NCBI GenBank assembly: GCA_046484755.1
Contig: JAWOII010000104.1
Span: 1-64,000, forward strand
Origin: Enhygromyxa sp.
GTDB lineage: Bacteria > Myxococcota_A > Polyangia > Nannocystales > Nannocystaceae
DNA: 64,000 bases
Direction of reading: 5' to 3'
Part shown: positions 29,230 through 38,652 of the stretch, in pieces
Position numbering within the stretch: the stretch's first letter is position 1
How the letters are laid out: every line of letters starts with the position of its first letter
Notes under the pieces: generated by a model
Told to the model about the DNA's origin: nothing
Databases searched by the model: none
What the model saw: only the letters and a program-made list of their open reading frames with translations
Program-made: the position numbers and the translations under genes

Positions 29230-30432
29230 TCAGGGGGCTGGAAGGGGCGGCAGGGTCTTGACCATCGCCTGCCACGGCACGCCCGACCCGGTCACGACCG
29301 GGCCCTCTTCGACGAAGCCGAGCGAGCGATAATAATCGACCGCATCGACCCAGGCGTGGACCCGTAGCTGCTCGCGCTGCTGGAGCCGGGCCTCGAACTC
29401 GACCTCGGCGACCAGCCGCCGGCCGATCCGCCCGCGTCGGTGGCTGGGGGCCACGACCAATTGCTGGAGGCGCCCGAGCTGGGGGTCGTATTGCACATAG
29501 CCGGCGACCGCGTCCGCGACCCGGGCGACCACGTGAATGTTGCGTTCGTCGAGCTCGGCGTAGTCGGCCAGCGACTTGCCCTCGGGCTCGAGCAGGTGCT
29601 GTCGTAGCGCGACGAGCTTGGGGGCGAGCGACTCGTAGACCTCCGACCAGCCGATGAAGTGCTCGAGCTGCAGGTCCGGCAGCGCGTAGCACCACCAGTC
29701 GCCGGTGCCGCCGGTGCACAGCTCGGGGTCGAGGTGGTTGGTCTCGTTGGCGAACTCGAGCAGCAGGCCGTCGTAGGGATCCCAGCTGAGCATGGTCAGG
29801 CTCGCGTTGGCGTGCACGAAGGCCAGGCCGCGGCCCCACGGGACACCGATCCAGCGCCGCAGCCAGCGGGTCAGCAAATTGCCGTGGGCGACCACGACCA
29901 GCAGGTCGTGCTCGTCCCGATTGAGGATGCCCTCGAACCAGGCGATCACTCGATCGACGCGGGCTCGGGCCTGTCGCTCCGACTCCCCCCACTTTCCCGG
30001 GTACAGATCGTCGCTCGGCACCGCCTGGCAGCGGATCGGATAGTCGCTCTCGAGCTGCGCCGCTCGAGTCGAGGGCGGCGCGTGCTCGCCATAGTAGCCG
30101 CTGCCGATCTCGAACAGCTCGGCGTGGCAGATGAAGCGCTCGCGCTCGATCCCTGCCCCGCTCGCCAATGGCATTGCGGTCTGCAAGGCCCGGCGCATCG
30201 GGCTACTGATCACGAGCAGCCGATCTCCGACCTCGACCAGCGCCGGGACTAGGGCCTCGGCCAACTGCTCGGCCTGCGCTCGGCCGATCTCGCTGAGCTC
30301 TGGATCGGGCCTCCGCGCTCGCTCGGCCTCGATCTGCGCGCGCACCCGATCGTGACGATATTGCTTGTAGATGGCGTGGTCGCTGAAATTGTTCTGCGAT
30401 TGGGCGTGGCGCACGAGCAGCAGGCGCGTCAT
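29230..30432 (-). CDS. Histidine phosphatase (phosphoglycerate-mutase-like) fused to a C-terminal GNAT acetyltransferase
   Basis: LVRHAQS phosphatase motif and VVAHG. The C-terminal block LVVAPSHRRGRIGRRLV is a GNAT motif A. Confidence 0.7.
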   Translation of the reverse strand: MTRLLLVRHAQSQNNFSDHAIYKQYRHDRVRAQIEAERARRPDPELSEIGRAQAEQLAEALVPALVEVGDRLLVISSPMRRALQTAMPLASGAGIERERFICHAELFEIGSGYYGEHAPPSTRAAQLESDYPIRCQAVPSDDLYPGKWGESERQARARVDRVIAWFEGILNRDEHDLLVVVAHGNLLTRWLRRWIGVPWGRGLAFVHANASLTMLSWDPYDGLLLEFANETNHLDPELCTGGTGDWWCYALPDLQLEHFIGWSEVYESLAPKLVALRQHLLEPEGKSLADYAELDERNIHVVARVADAVAGYVQYDPQLGRLQQLVVAPSHRRGRIGRRLVAEVEFEARLQQREQLRVHAWVDAVDYYRSLGFVEEGPVVTGSGVPWQAMVKTLPPLPAP

Positions 30433-30495
30433 GGCAGCAATCTACCAGCTCGGGCCGCCCCGCGCGGGATCTGCGAAATTCGACGAGCAGCCGGG

Positions 30496-31263
30496 TCAAA
30501 GCAGGTCCGAGGCGCCCCAGTCCCACAGCCGCTTGATCCCCTTGCAGCGCTTGCGCAGGTCGGCCATCGCCTCGCGGTTGTCCCCGTAAGCCGGAAACAC
30601 GTCGATCAAGGCCACGTCGGCCTCGAGGGTCGGCAGCAGGCGGAAGGCGTCGCCGCCGAGCACCCGGACCTGGGTCCGCCCGTGCGAGGCGAGCACGGCC
30701 ATCGCTCGGGGCATGATCATCTCGACTAGCTCGCGGGAGCGCTCGACCACGGTGATCTCGGTGACCGCGTGGCGCTTGCCGACCTCGATTAGCTGGTGGG
30801 CGAGGCCGAGGCCGGCGATGATCACTCGACCCTTGGCGAGCCTGGTCCCGGGTCGCAGGGTCAGCAGCTCGGCGGGGGTCAGGCTCATCCACGGATACTT
30901 GCGCCACTTAGTCGGCGTCTCGCGCTCGAACAGGATCGGGATCTCGATGTCTCCGTCGAAGATCACCGAGCCGAGCTTGCGGCCCCACCAGGTCTCGAGC
31001 GGGCGGCCGCGGCGGTGAAGCCGGACGGCGTAGCGGAACTGGCCGCCAGGGGAGTCGACGAACTCGCCCTCGCGCAGCTCGTCGACCTCGCGCTCGGACG
31101 GACGGACCTCGGCGAACAGGTTGACCGAGGGGTAGCTCGCCGCCTGGATGTTGAGCTCGGGCTGCCACGCGAGCTTGCGGCTCCAGGGCACGCAGCTTTG
31201 CAGGCGCCGCCGCCACTGCGCTTCGAGGTGGGCGCGCTGCGCCGGGGTCAGCTCGATCGCCAC
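30496..31263 (-). CDS. Hypothetical protein with a Rossmann-like (methyltransferase / spermidine-synthase-like) core
   Basis: GRVIIAGLGLAHQLIEV...VVERS...ALIDVF pattern; GC3 bias. Confidence 0.45.
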   Translation of the reverse strand: MAIELTPAQRAHLEAQWRRRLQSCVPWSRKLAWQPELNIQAASYPSVNLFAEVRPSEREVDELREGEFVDSPGGQFRYAVRLHRRGRPLETWWGRKLGSVIFDGDIEIPILFERETPTKWRKYPWMSLTPAELLTLRPGTRLAKGRVIIAGLGLAHQLIEVGKRHAVTEITVVERSRELVEMIMPRAMAVLASHGRTQVRVLGGDAFRLLPTLEADVALIDVFPAYGDNREAMADLRKRCKGIKRLWDWGASDLL

Positions 31264-31319
31264 GGCGCAGAGGGTACCGCGAACTTGCGGCCCGGCGGGG
31301 CTCGACGGACACTTCCGGC

Positions 31320-31655
31320 ATGCGAAGGATCGCTGCGCCCTGTCTGATCGTGCTCGCGCTCGGCTGCAAGAGCCCCGAGGAGAAGGCCTGCGACAATACG
31401 GTCCGGATCATCGAGCAGTCCGGCGCGACCGACGGCCGACCCGACGCCAACAAGAGCGAGAAGGAGCGGCGCCGCGACTGCCTCGACTCGCTCGGCCGCC
31501 TGCGTCAGCAGATCCAGCCCGAGGAAGACGTGTGGTTCGCGTACCTGGGCTGCCTGACCGCGGCCGACAGCATGAAGGCGCAGTTCGACTGCCTCGCGCC
31601 GCTGACCGGGCAGCAGCAGCTCGGCTCGGCCGACGCGACGCAGCCCGAGCGCTGA
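31320..31655 (+). CDS. Small lipoprotein, hypothetical
   Basis: Signal peptide plus lipobox LALGC; 111 aa. Confidence 0.5.
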   Translation: MRRIAAPCLIVLALGCKSPEEKACDNTVRIIEQSGATDGRPDANKSEKERRRDCLDSLGRLRQQIQPEEDVWFAYLGCLTAADSMKAQFDCLAPLTGQQQLGSADATQPER

Positions 31656-31660
31656 CGCGC

Positions 31661-32680
31661 TCACGCTCCAAAGGGGTGCTCGAACAGCGCCTCGACATCG
31701 GTCACGTGGGTCGCGAGTCGGGTCCAACGCTGGAGCGTGGCGAGGTCTTCACAGCTGCGGATCCGGGCCCTGGACGACGAGTCGACGATGACCCCGCGCT
31801 CGGCGAGCAGCTCGAAGAGCAACTCGACGAGCGCTGCGCGACCTTCCGCGCGACCTTCCGCGCGACCTTCCGCGCGACCTTCCGCGCGACCTTTGGCGCG
31901 GCCTTCTTCGACACCGAACTGGTAGGTGCCGCTGCGGCGCTCGACGTCCATCCAATCGTGTTGCTCTTGCATGGGTAGCTCCTTTAGCAATTGGTCTCGT
32001 TGGGTCTTGGGTAGCGCAGCCAGGATTGTCATACCATGGCGCCACCGTCGCTTCCCGGTCATCGATCGAGCGATCTGGAAGCCACGGCGAGCAGCGTCGT
32101 AGTCGCCCGCGTATCCGTGCAGGGCGGCGGCCAGAATCGCTGCCGTCGGGCGTCGCGCCGGTTCGTCCAGCCAGGGAGACAGGGGAACGGAGTCGACGTC
32201 GAGCAGCAGCACATCGACCCTGGGAGGTCCGGCCTCTCGCCAGCGTCGGACCGCCCTGGACATGGTCGCCGAGAGTGAGACGACGATCACCCAGGTCTCG
32301 AGCTCGTGCTCCTCGGCGAGGTGCGACTGGTAAACCGGGATCATCCAGCGCTTGTGGCTGTCGAGATCCTTTTGGACCTCGATGGTCAGCACAGCGCCGC
32401 GCTTGGGGTCGTCGGCGTCGTGGCAGACCAGGACCAGATCGGGAAACCCGGGCCGAAACTCGAGGGGTTCCTTGCCGGCCCGCTCGATCTCGGATCGACG
32501 ATCGAGGGGGAGGCCGTCGACGGGGCGATCGAGGCCGAGGACGTCGAAGCCTAGCCATGGGTCCTCTTGAAAGAGGGCGATGAGTCCCTGATGCAGCGTA
32601 CCCGGCACACATGGGATGTCGGCCTCCGCCGGATCGCTTTGCAGGGAATCTCGAGCAATCTCCAAAAAATGTTTCAGCAC
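31661..32680 (-). CDS. PD-(D/E)XK nuclease-like protein with a C-terminal DUF4351-type domain (Rpn / YhgA 'putative transposase'-like family)
   Basis: N-terminal D...EVQK nuclease-like motif. C-terminal (EGRA)x5 followed by ALVELLFELLAERG...LATLQRW, which is typical of DUF4351. Confidence 0.55.
   Translation of the reverse strand: MLKHFLEIARDSLQSDPAEADIPCVPGTLHQGLIALFQEDPWLGFDVLGLDRPVDGLPLDRRSEIERAGKEPLEFRPGFPDLVLVCHDADDPKRGAVLTIEVQKDLDSHKRWMIPVYQSHLAEEHELETWVIVVSLSATMSRAVRRWREAGPPRVDVLLLDVDSVPLSPWLDEPARRPTAAILAAALHGYAGDYDAARRGFQIARSMTGKRRWRHGMTILAALPKTQRDQLLKELPMQEQHDWMDVERRSGTYQFGVEEGRAKGRAEGRAEGRAEGRAEGRAALVELLFELLAERGVIVDSSSRARIRSCEDLATLQRWTRLATHVTDVEALFEHPFGA
31835..31905. repeat. 12-nt tandem repeat (cgcgcgaccttc, x5) encoding (EGRA)n
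   Basis: Direct repeat visible in the sequence. Confidence 0.8.
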
Positions 32681-32740
32681 AAACGAGCGCGCCCGCTCGA
32701 GAGAGCGGGCGCGCGAGATCGCGGGGGGCTGCTGCCCCGA

Positions 32741-33316
32741 TCAAAGGTTCTTGGCGACGAAGTCCCAGTTGACCAGGTTGTCCATCACCGCGGCGATGAA
32801 CTTGGCCCGATCGTTGCGGTAGTCGATGTAGTAGGCGTGCTCCCACACGTCGATGGTCAGCAGGGCGGTCTTGCCGTGGCGCATCGGGGTGTCGGCGTTG
32901 CCGGTCGACATGATCTCGAGGCCGCTGTCGCCCTTGACCAGCCAGCCCCAGCCGGAGCCGAACTGGGTGGCGCAGGCGGTGCTGAACTTGTCGCGGAAGC
33001 TGGCGTAGTCGCCGAAGGCCTTGTCGATCGCCTTGGCGAGCTCACCGCCGGGCTGGCCGCCGCCGCCGGGCTTCAAACAGTTCCAGAAGAAGCTGTGGTT
33101 CCAGGTCTGGGCGGCGTTGTTGAACAGGCCGCCCTCGCTGCCGCGGATGATCTCCTCGAGCGACTTGTCGGCCCACTGCGTGCCCTCGATGCCGGCGTTG
33201 AGCTTGGCGACGTAGCCGGCGTGGTGCTTGCCGTAGTGGTACTCGAGGGTCTCGGCGCTCATGTAGGGGGCGAGGGCGTCTTTGGCGTAGGGGAGGGGGG
33301 GAAGTTCGAAGGGCAT
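32741..33316 (-). CDS. sodB: Fe/Mn superoxide dismutase
   Basis: Conserved HYGKHH and DVWEHAYY motifs. Confidence 0.9.
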   Translation of the reverse strand: MPFELPPLPYAKDALAPYMSAETLEYHYGKHHAGYVAKLNAGIEGTQWADKSLEEIIRGSEGGLFNNAAQTWNHSFFWNCLKPGGGGQPGGELAKAIDKAFGDYASFRDKFSTACATQFGSGWGWLVKGDSGLEIMSTGNADTPMRHGKTALLTIDVWEHAYYIDYRNDRAKFIAAVMDNLVNWDFVAKNL

Positions 33317-33381
33317 CGGAGACCTCGTGTTCGGGTGGGGTTGGAGGGGTTGGCGCGAACCCTCGGACTATTCCCCCAGGA

Positions 33382-34641
33382 TCAGCGCGGATCAAGCGGC
33401 CTGCTGCTCGCTCGACATTTGGACATTTTGTTAACCACTGGCTGATCGACGAGCGGCTCGTCACGACTCTCTTTTTCGTGGCCGTGGCCGTGGCCGAGGT
33501 CGGGGTGGCCGAGGTCGGCGCCGTCGTGATCGTCCTCCTGCGCTTCGTCCTCTACGGCGGCGCGCAGCCAGGTGCCGAGGGTGCTGCGGGGGACCTCGAG
33601 CACGCGCGCGGCTCGGCGGATGCTGCCCTCCTCGGCGACGATCTTTTGCAGCAAGGCGGCGTGCATGCGCGCGTAGGTGCCTCGCGGGACGCTGATCATC
33701 TCGCTGCGAGCCCGGGGCTGCTCGACCTCGGGGATCAGCGCGTCGGGGCCGATCGGCCCGTCGGCGAGGGCGGCGGCGCGCAGGACCGCGTTGCGCAGCG
33801 CTCGGACGTTGCCGGGCCAGGGGTGGTTGATGGCCTCGGCCGCCGCTAGCGGCGAGACCACGACCTCGCGACCGAGCTCGTCCGAGGCGAGCTCGGCGAA
33901 GTAGTCGAGCAGCACCGGGATGTCACGGCGGCGGCGACGAAGCGGCGGCAGCTCGAGCTCGACCACGCTGAGGCGGTGGAAGAGATCCTCGCGGAACTGG
34001 CCGGAGACGACCATCGCCGCGAGATCGCGGTGGGTCGCGGCGACCACCCGGCACGAGAGCGAGATCTCCGAGTCGGCGCCGACCGGGGTCAGCCGCCGGG
34101 TCTCGAGCACCCGCAGGAGCTTGGTCTGGGCCGAGAGCGGGAGCTCGCCGATCTCATCGAGGAACACGGTGCCGTCGGCCGCCCGGGCGAAGGCTCCGGC
34201 GTGATCGCGGTGGGCTCCGGTGAAGGCCCCGCGCCGGTGGCCGAACAGCTCCGACTCGAACAGCCCGTCGGGGATCGCCCCGCAGTTGAGCGCGATGAAG
34301 GGCCCGGTCCGGTTCTCGCCGAAGTCGTGGAGGGTCCGGGCCGCGAGCTCCTTGCCGGTGCCGGTCTCCCCGTGGATCAACACGGGCAGCGGCAGGAGGG
34401 CGAGCCGCTCGAGCTGCCGCCGGAGGGTGCGGATGACCTTCGAGCGGCCGATCAGGCGGTGCTGCGGGGGCGGGGGCTCGTCGTCGATCAGCTCGAAGCG
34501 AAGCCCGCGCTCGTCGGCGCCGAGCAAGGCCGGCGCCCGTCCTTGCAGCGGCGAGGGGCGATCACCATCGGCGCACGCGAAGGCCCGACGGCGCGCGGGC
34601 TTGGACTCTCGAGGCAGGCGGTCGGTGATGCGGCTGTTCAT
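33382..34641 (-). CDS. Sigma-54-dependent transcriptional activator: AAA+ domain plus C-terminal HTH, with no receiver domain and a His-rich tail
   Basis: Start ATG 34641 (MNSRITD). Motifs GETGTGKE, GAFTGA, ESELFGH. Confidence 0.85.
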   Translation of the reverse strand: MNSRITDRLPRESKPARRRAFACADGDRPSPLQGRAPALLGADERGLRFELIDDEPPPPQHRLIGRSKVIRTLRRQLERLALLPLPVLIHGETGTGKELAARTLHDFGENRTGPFIALNCGAIPDGLFESELFGHRRGAFTGAHRDHAGAFARAADGTVFLDEIGELPLSAQTKLLRVLETRRLTPVGADSEISLSCRVVAATHRDLAAMVVSGQFREDLFHRLSVVELELPPLRRRRRDIPVLLDYFAELASDELGREVVVSPLAAAEAINHPWPGNVRALRNAVLRAAALADGPIGPDALIPEVEQPRARSEMISVPRGTYARMHAALLQKIVAEEGSIRRAARVLEVPRSTLGTWLRAAVEDEAQEDDHDGADLGHPDLGHGHGHEKESRDEPLVDQPVVNKMSKCRASSRPLDPR

Positions 34642-34769
34642 GCCTACTCGTGTCGACCGCGTCGGGCACCGCTTGCAGGGTTTTTGGCAAAAAGTTTCAG
34701 GGCCGGGGAACCCGGTGTTGGTGCTCACGGGATTGTGTCGCGGCGAGCCTCGGGCGATCATCGGCGGCG

Positions 34770-35507
34770 ATGAGCGAGACCCTCGAGGTGTACGGCTTCG
34801 CCGAGTTCGGCGAGCTCCCGGATCTGAGCCCCTTCGTGTCCAAGCTCGAGGGCTACCTGCGCCTCGCGGGGGTCCCCTACGAGAAGCGCCCGGGCGACGT
34901 GCGCAAGGCTCCCCGCGGCAAGCTGCCCTACATCGTCCACGCCGGCCGCAAGGTGACCGATTCGCAGCGGATCATCGAGTACCTCGCCGAGCAGGGAGTG
35001 TGCGACCTCGACGAGTGGCTCGACGACGATCAGCGGGCCGAGCTGTTCGCCCTGCGCTCGATGCTCGAGACCGACTTCTACTTCACCGTCGTCCTCCACT
35101 TCCGCTGGCAGCTCGACGCCGGCTGGGACCACTACCGCAGCGTGGTCGGCGAGGTGCTGCGCGACTCCGGGCTGCCGGGCTTCTTGCTCGGGCCGATCCT
35201 CAAGATGGTCCGCAAGAACACGGTCGCGCAGGCGCTCGGGCACGGGGCCGGGCGACGCGACACCGAGGAGAACCTCGCCCACGCGCGCGCGATGTTTCAG
35301 ACGCTCGCGCGCTTGCTCGAGCGGCGCGAGGGGCCGTGGTGGTTCGGCGACAGGCCGTCGAGCGCCGACGCGATCGTCCACGCCTTCGTGGCCGCGGCGA
35401 TCGTGCCGAAGTGGGGCCTGCCGATCGAGCAGCTCGCCGATCCGCACCCGGGCCTGCGGTCGTGGTTCGAGCACGCCCACGCGCAGGTGTGCTCGGCCAA
35501 GCCCTGA
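34770..35507 (+). CDS. Glutathione S-transferase-like (thioredoxin-fold N-domain plus GST_C) protein
   Basis: Start ATG 34770 (MSETLEVYGF). KLPYIVHAGRKVTDSQRIIEYL is GST-N-like. Confidence 0.6.
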   Translation: MSETLEVYGFAEFGELPDLSPFVSKLEGYLRLAGVPYEKRPGDVRKAPRGKLPYIVHAGRKVTDSQRIIEYLAEQGVCDLDEWLDDDQRAELFALRSMLETDFYFTVVLHFRWQLDAGWDHYRSVVGEVLRDSGLPGFLLGPILKMVRKNTVAQALGHGAGRRDTEENLAHARAMFQTLARLLERREGPWWFGDRPSSADAIVHAFVAAAIVPKWGLPIEQLADPHPGLRSWFEHAHAQVCSAKP

Positions 35508-35528
35508 GCTCCCCTTGGCCCGGGCCCC

Positions 35529-36257
35529 TCAGGGGCCTTGGCCGATCCACTCGCCGCCCTCGCGGTCGACTTCTTTCTTCCAGATTGGCACGTCCCGCTT
35601 GAGCCGCTCGATGACCTCGCGGCAGGCGCGGAAGGCCTCGTCGCGGTGCGGCGCGCTGGCGGCGATGACCACCGCGGTCTCGCCGATCTGCAGCCGGCCG
35701 ACCCGGTGGGCGAGGGCGATCTTCACCCCGGGGAGCTCGGCTTCGACCGCCAGGGCGATCGCGTCCATGCTCGCGACCGCCATCGCCGGGTAGGCCTCGT
35801 ACTCGAGCCAGGTGACGATCTTGCCGCGGCTGTGCTCGCGGACGTTGCCGGTGAAGGTCGTGACCCCGCCGGCGTCGCGGTGCTCGACCGCGCTGACGAC
35901 CTCGGCGAGGGAGAGCGGCGACGAGCTCAGGCGCGAGCGCTGGCCTCGGTGGTCGATCGGCGCCGGGCCGTCGTGGCCGCCGCTGACCGGAGGGATGAGC
36001 GCGATCTCCTGCCCTGCTCGGATGATCGCCTCGTCGTCGACGAACTCGTGGTCGACGGCGATCCGGCAGCCCGGCAGGCTCGCAGCGATCACCGGGTGGG
36101 CAGCCGCGAGCCCTTCGCGGAGCCTGGCCACGGTGAGGGGCTCGGCGAGCTCGAGCTCGACCTCGGGGACTCCGAGTCGCGCTCGGACACCAGCAAACAG
36201 GAGTACTGTCAATCGCACGGGCTCTGCTTCCTTGTCTGGCTCGGATATAGTGGCCAC
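35529..36257 (-). CDS. moaDE: Molybdopterin synthase MoaD-MoaE fusion
   Basis: An N-terminal roughly 85 aa ending in SGG (MoaD), then the MoaE core (LEYEAYPAMA...HRVGRLQIGE...PIWKKE). Confidence 0.8.
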   Translation of the reverse strand: MATISEPDKEAEPVRLTVLLFAGVRARLGVPEVELELAEPLTVARLREGLAAAHPVIAASLPGCRIAVDHEFVDDEAIIRAGQEIALIPPVSGGHDGPAPIDHRGQRSRLSSSPLSLAEVVSAVEHRDAGGVTTFTGNVREHSRGKIVTWLEYEAYPAMAVASMDAIALAVEAELPGVKIALAHRVGRLQIGETAVVIAASAPHRDEAFRACREVIERLKRDVPIWKKEVDREGGEWIGQGP

Positions 36258-36449
36258 GACCGGCCTTGGGCAAACTGGTCTCGACCCCCCAGCCAGATCG
36301 TCCCGTGCAAGGCAAATTCGCGATGATCGTCCCCGTCCTGCTTCGCCGATCCGTGAAATTCGATCGCGCGCGAGACCGCTCCTATGCTTGGCTCAACCGG
36401 TTCGTACGCCGTCCCGAGCCGCTTCTTCCCCGTGTTCACCGCTGAATCG

Positions 36450-37388
36450 ATGTCCCGTTCCGGCGCCGCCAACCGCAAGGCTCGAGCCGCTCGTCGCGGG
36501 GTCGCGCAGACCGCCGCCGCCGAGCTCGAGGTCGAGTACGAGCAGGACGAGGACCTCGGCGAGGACTTCGACGCGCACTTCGACGCGCACTTCGACCGAG
36601 ACGACGAGTTCGACGCCTTCGACGCCCCCGATTGGGACGAAGACGAAGAGGAGCACGAGGCCCCCTTCGTCGCCGACGACGCCTACCCCGATCTCCCCGC
36701 CAGCGAGCAGGAGGCGCTGCGCAACGAGCTGCAGGATCGGCTCGGCGCCTACCTCTCGCAGGGGCGGGCGCGGGTGGTGATCACCGACAACCTGCGCACG
36801 ATGATGTCGATCCGGCGCAGCCACGGGGTCTACACCTTCCGGCTCCACCACATGTTCGTCGACGCCTCGCCGGCGGTGCTCCGGGCCGCGGCCGCCTACG
36901 CCGAGCAGCAGGATCGCGCGGCCGCGGAGCTGCTGCGCGAGTTCATCGACCAAAACGACGACGCGATCCGCCAGCGTCGCTCACCTCGCGCGTGCACCAT
37001 CGACGTCGAGGGTCGGCACTACAACCTGCAGGAGATCTTCGACGAGCTCAACCGCGAGTACTTTGGCGGGGCGATCCGAGCCCGGATCACCTGGGGTCCG
37101 CGAGCGCGTCGCAAGCCCGGCCGCGCGTCGATCAAGCTCGGCAGCTACACGGTCGAAGACGAGCTGATCCGCGTCCACCCGGTGCTCGACGCCGAGGACG
37201 TACCCCGCCACTACCTCGCCTGGGTCGTCTATCACGAGATGCTCCACGAGATTCACGACATGCCGGTGGTCGACGGTCGCCGGGTCTACCACACCCGGGC
37301 CTTTCGCTTGGCCGAGGCCAAGTTCGAGCACTACGCCGAGGCGGTGCTGTGGGAGCGGACCCACCTGCACAAGCTGCTCGACCGCTGA
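36450..37388 (+). CDS. DUF45/YgjP-like (SprT/WLM-type) zinc metallopeptidase-fold protein with an acidic N-terminal region
   Basis: Start ATG 36450. Motif VVYHEMLHEIHD...YHTRAF, i.e. HExxH plus a downstream His. Confidence 0.55.
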   Translation: MSRSGAANRKARAARRGVAQTAAAELEVEYEQDEDLGEDFDAHFDAHFDRDDEFDAFDAPDWDEDEEEHEAPFVADDAYPDLPASEQEALRNELQDRLGAYLSQGRARVVITDNLRTMMSIRRSHGVYTFRLHHMFVDASPAVLRAAAAYAEQQDRAAAELLREFIDQNDDAIRQRRSPRACTIDVEGRHYNLQEIFDELNREYFGGAIRARITWGPRARRKPGRASIKLGSYTVEDELIRVHPVLDAEDVPRHYLAWVVYHEMLHEIHDMPVVDGRRVYHTRAFRLAEAKFEHYAEAVLWERTHLHKLLDR

Positions 37389-37445
37389 GCTCGGACTCGA
37401 GTCAGACTCGAGTCAAACCCGAGCCAGACCCGGGTCAGACCAGAA

Positions 37446-38285
37446 TCAGGGGCTCAGGCAGACGCCAACGAGCTCGAGCCCGGACGGAGCCTGGCCCGGT
37501 TTGAACCACGCCACGCACTCGGTCCCCGGCAGGCTCGCGCAGTCGGGCTGCTCGAGGTTGCAAAGCGGTGAGCAGCACGTGGTCCCCGAGCAGCTTGGGA
37601 GCGCCGAGGCGTCGACGCACGCGCTGCCGGGGCTGCAATCGTTGAAGCAGCCGCAGGGCTCCCCGACCTCGAGATCGCCGGTTGGGTTGCAGGGGAATTG
37701 ACCGCTGTGCGAGTAGCAGCTCCCGGTCGCGCAGCCCTGGGCGAGGGGGTCGCAAGGCTCGAGGCACAGCGACAACGGATCGTTGGGACTGGCGGCGGTG
37801 CAGCCGAGCTCGGACGGGCAGCTCGGGTTGTCGGGGGTCCCGGTGCAAAACGGCCGGCAGATCCCGTCGTAACACATGCTGCTCGCGTCGCAGTCGTCGG
37901 TCGCTTCCACTCGACCGTCGTAGGTGCAGGGCTCGCCAGGGCCGAGATCACCGAGCACGAACACACACTTGGTGGCGTCCCAAACCTCTCCGAAGCTGGC
38001 GAAAGGGGCGCATTTTTCGCCGTAGGGACAGTCCTGGGCGAACAGGTCGCAGGCCGTCGGCGTACATCGAAATTCGCCGCCGCAGGGGTAGTCCGGGATC
38101 AGCCAGCTGCCGGTCGGATCTGGATCCTCCGTGTCGGTCTCGCCGGGGTCCGACTCGGAGCCGCTCGAGTCGTCGAGCGATCCGCTGGCGCCGTCGCTGG
38201 TCTCACCGCTACCGCCGACGCTACCGGGCCCACAGGCCAGGAGCGAGAAGCTCAACCAAACTGATGCAGTCGATCGCCGTCGCAC
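37446..38285 (-). CDS. Cys-rich secreted lipoprotein, hypothetical
   Basis: GTG start at 38285 gives M-RRRSTASVWLSFSLLAC (lipobox). About 30 Cys. The listed ORF starts upstream at 38432. Confidence 0.55.
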   Translation of the reverse strand: MRRRSTASVWLSFSLLACGPGSVGGSGETSDGASGSLDDSSGSESDPGETDTEDPDPTGSWLIPDYPCGGEFRCTPTACDLFAQDCPYGEKCAPFASFGEVWDATKCVFVLGDLGPGEPCTYDGRVEATDDCDASSMCYDGICRPFCTGTPDNPSCPSELGCTAASPNDPLSLCLEPCDPLAQGCATGSCYSHSGQFPCNPTGDLEVGEPCGCFNDCSPGSACVDASALPSCSGTTCCSPLCNLEQPDCASLPGTECVAWFKPGQAPSGLELVGVCLSP

Positions 38286-38652
38286 GAGCAGTCTCGTGGC
38301 GCAGTCTATCGGTCGCCGGGTCGAGAAGCCACGGACGCGTTGCCATGCTTGGTGGCCGCCGGGCTCACCACAGCTCTTCGCCCGTGGGGGCGATCCTGTA
38401 CACCTCGGCGGGCCGAGTTGACGGAGGATCACTGCTCCGCTCGACCTTTGCCATGTCTGTCGCCCCCGGCGGCACCATCAGCACCGCGATCAGCATCGCC
38501 CACAACCCAGTCATCACTCTTTCGTCTCCGCCTGTCCCAAATCACCACACTTTGGTGGTCGATCGTCCGTGTCTGGTCACCATATTAGTGTCCGCCGGGG
38601 CGTGTTTTGATCACTCCCTCGGCGGACTCATGGAGCGGGGGCGAAGACCCGC

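Noticed and set aside
31661-32680. Whether the Rpn-like gene marks an IS element or mobile island
   Set aside because: No terminal inverted repeats, target-site duplications, integrase or tRNA are nearby. I treat it as a solo gene.
38286-38652. Possible small gene or ncRNA in the 367-bp gap (ORF 38340..38588 +, 82 aa)
   Set aside because: The ORF is Pro/Ser/Ala-rich with no GC3 bias, and there is no RBS or other support. It more likely reflects the long 5' leader and lipoprotein-signal region of the minus-strand gene.
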